17,987 nt of DNA from Gemmatimonadota bacterium (GTDB taxonomy: Bacteria; Gemmatimonadota; Gemmatimonadetes; Longimicrobiales; Gaopeijiaceae). Location: the NCBI GenBank assembly GCA_039589315.1, contig JBDHHQ010000105.1:1-17987 (forward strand). Direction: 5' to 3'. Each line of letters opens with the position of its first letter. Position 1 is the stretch's first letter. The position numbers and the translations under genes are program-made. Positions 16,151 through 17,987 of this stretch are shown one piece after another. The notes under the pieces were generated by a model. That model was given only the letters and a program-made list of their open reading frames with translations, was not told where the DNA came from and made no database searches.

Positions 16151-16798
16151 ATGAAAACCCAGCGGGTAGCTGGTCGGACCTGGCTCATCTACGGTGCTCT
16201 GTTGTGTCTACCGCTCACGGCGTGCGGCGGCGGGCCCGATACGCCCGGGCCCGAAGCATTGCCCCCGATCCCGACGATGGACCGCCTGTATCGAGACGCC
16301 GTCAGCGGCATGCGGGACTCGGTCAGGTTGGTGATCCGGGACCAGGCCGCCCTGGACGACGCCTGGTCGAGGGCCACCTCCGAGCAACTCGAGATGCCCG
16401 CGGTGCCGGCCGTTGATTTCGGGCGCGAGATGATACTGGTCGCAGCCGCCGGCCGGATGACGACGGAAGACGCCATCGAGGTCGCCGCGGCCGGGGTGCA
16501 GCGCCGGCGCACCCAGCAAGGCGATGACGTGGACGTGCTCGTCGTCCAGGTACGGACGTTCAAGGGCTGCGGGCGAGTGACCGCCGACGCCTTCCCCGTG
16601 GACATTGTCAAGGTCACGCGCTTCCAGGGACGGGTGCAGTGGGAGGAGGAGACCCAGCAGGAAACGGAATGCGGCCCTGAGCCGGAACGACAGGCCTCCC
16701 TTCTCGGGTCGCCCGACCAGGCGGCCGTGAGCGGCACCGGCCCGCCGACCCCGGCCGACGGTCTAGTGGCATCGCAGCGCACGTCCTCCCATCCCTGA
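16151..16798 (+). CDS. Putative lipoprotein with a PrcB C-terminal-like domain, 215 aa
   Basis: Basic N-terminus, hydrophobic core and lipobox LTA-C (Cys25, 16223-16225). LVIRDQAALDDAW and PAVDFGREMILVAAAG resemble the PrcB_C family pattern (recalled, not searched). SD-like GAGGTG upstream of ATG 16151. Confidence 0.75.
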   Translation: MKTQRVAGRTWLIYGALLCLPLTACGGGPDTPGPEALPPIPTMDRLYRDAVSGMRDSVRLVIRDQAALDDAWSRATSEQLEMPAVPAVDFGREMILVAAAGRMTTEDAIEVAAAGVQRRRTQQGDDVDVLVVQVRTFKGCGRVTADAFPVDIVKVTRFQGRVQWEEETQQETECGPEPERQASLLGSPDQAAVSGTGPPTPADGLVASQRTSSHP

Positions 16799-16806
16799 AT
16801 CGGCGG

Positions 16807-17987
16807 GTGGACAGCAACCCCGAGGGAGGCGTTGGCAATCCGGGACAGCCCGGTCCGGGAGGCCCCGGCCAGTATGAGGTGGGGTCGGTGCTCGCCGGCC
16901 GGTACCGGATCGTGCAGCTCCTGGGCAAGGGTGCCATGGGCGCCGTCTACCTCGGCGAGCATCTGAAGATCGGCCGAAAGGACGCGATCAAGGTGCTCCA
17001 GGCGTCCCTCGAGCGGGATTCGGAGTCGATAGCCCGGTTCACGCGAGGCGCGAGGAACGCTTCGTCGATCCGTCATCCCAACGTCTGCACCGTCTATGAC
17101 TTCGGGGAGACCCATGACGGCCTGGCATTCCTGGCCATGGAGTTCGTGGACGGCGAAAGCCTGTCGGATCTTCTCAAGCGCGAGGGCACGCTCCCCCTGG
17201 AGCAGGCCGGCGACATCCTCTCCCAGGTAGGTGACGCCCTCTCCGCCGCCCACGCGGCCGGAATCGTGCACCGGGACCTGAAACCCGCCAACGTGATGCT
17301 GGCCCAGCGACCCGACGGCTCGCCCCTCGCCAAGGTCGTGGATTTCGACATCGCGAAGGGAAGCGTCGAGGGGGAGGGTGACGAGGTTACGCGACTGGGC
17401 TACGTCGTGGGCACGCCCGAGTTCATGAGCCCGGAGCAGCTCACCGGGGATCCGTTGGACGGGCGCAGCGACGTCTATTCCCTGGGTGTGCTGCTATTCC
17501 GGGCCCTCACGGGCAGCCTCCCCCACATCGCGGACTCGACTCAGGAGCTCATGGTCAAGCGATTGACCGAGAGCCCCATGACCCTCAAGGAAGCGAACCC
17601 CGGGAACGACTACCCCACCTCCCTGCAGGCCCTGGTGGACCGTTCCCTCCAGCGAAAGGCCGCCGATCGCCTGGAAAGCGCCTCCGCGTTCAGCCGGGAA
17701 CTTCGGCGGATCCTCGCTGGCGTGGGCGCCGACCGGAGGTCCCAGAGCCGTGGCGCGACCGTGCCCGCTACCGAGGTCTCGCGGCCCGAGCACCTCACAC
17801 ACGGTCGCTCCGCGCCGGACGACGGACGGAAGTGGTGGCTGATCGGAGCCGGCGCTGTCGCCCTTGTCGCTGGGGTCGCCGTGGGTGCGATGGCTCTCCG
17901 AGGAGGTGGCGGCCATACGGTCACGATCGAGCCGGCGACGAGCACCGTCATGGTGGACGGCGCGCTGGCGCTCGCCAGCCGAGCTGT
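16807..17987 (+). CDS. Membrane-bound Hanks-type Ser/Thr protein kinase (PknB/PpkA-like), 3' end outside the window
   Basis: Translated by hand in frame +1: RYRIVQLLGKGAMGAVY, DAIKVL, HPNVCTVYDFG, HRDLKPANVML, KVVDFDIAK, GTPEFMSPEQ and DGRSDVYSLG. TM helix WWLIGAGAVALVAGVAVGAMAL at 17833-17898, then an Ig-like start TVTIEPATSTVMV. The GTG start at 16807 is tentative. Confidence 0.93.
   Translation, partial: MDSNPEGGVGNPGQPGPGGPGQYEVGSVLAGRYRIVQLLGKGAMGAVYLGEHLKIGRKDAIKVLQASLERDSESIARFTRGARNASSIRHPNVCTVYDFGETHDGLAFLAMEFVDGESLSDLLKREGTLPLEQAGDILSQVGDALSAAHAAGIVHRDLKPANVMLAQRPDGSPLAKVVDFDIAKGSVEGEGDEVTRLGYVVGTPEFMSPEQLTGDPLDGRSDVYSLGVLLFRALTGSLPHIADSTQELMVKRLTESPMTLKEANPGNDYPTSLQALVDRSLQRKAADRLESASAFSRELRRILAGVGADRRSQSRGATVPATEVSRPEHLTHGRSAPDDGRKWWLIGAGAVALVAGVAVGAMALRGGGGHTVTIEPATSTVMVDGALALASRA

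Noticed and set aside
16189..17951. Minus-strand ORFs of 360, 140 and 113 aa
   Set aside because: Antisense to the lipoprotein and to the kinase, which the ORF track missed because it has no stop inside the window.
1..17987. CRISPR arrays, tRNA/rRNA, IS elements, effector-immunity pairs, vgrG/PAAR/clpV
   Set aside because: None seen in this window; the remaining T6SS genes probably lie beyond the edges.

Overview
High-GC window filled almost entirely by a type VI secretion system (T6SS) cluster, cut at both ends. Minus-strand operon: tssB-tssC-hcp-tagJ/impE-tssA-tssE-tssF (tssF runs off the left edge). Divergent plus-strand arm: tssK copy 1, then an oppositely oriented ~830-aa membrane-anchored, Pro/Ala/Glu-rich protein with a kinase-N-lobe-like N-terminus, then tssK copy 2-tssL-tssM, a PrcB_C-like lipoprotein and a membrane Ser/Thr kinase (runs off the right edge, absent from the ORF track). 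Unusual points: (1) tssC is broken at ~4230 by a frameshifting deletion of about 10 conserved codons; (2) two diverged tssK paralogs and no tssJ in the window; (3) the kinase has Gly in place of the alphaC Glu and DFD in place of DFG; (4) the disordered protein carries repeated G-x-[LF]-T-x-x-F motifs that resemble a motif in a TssM loop. Together these suggest a non-canonical, phosphorylation-controlled T6SS module. All family calls come from motif recognition by eye, not from database searches. The host is probably a non-proteobacterial high-GC diderm such as Gemmatimonadota (inference only).
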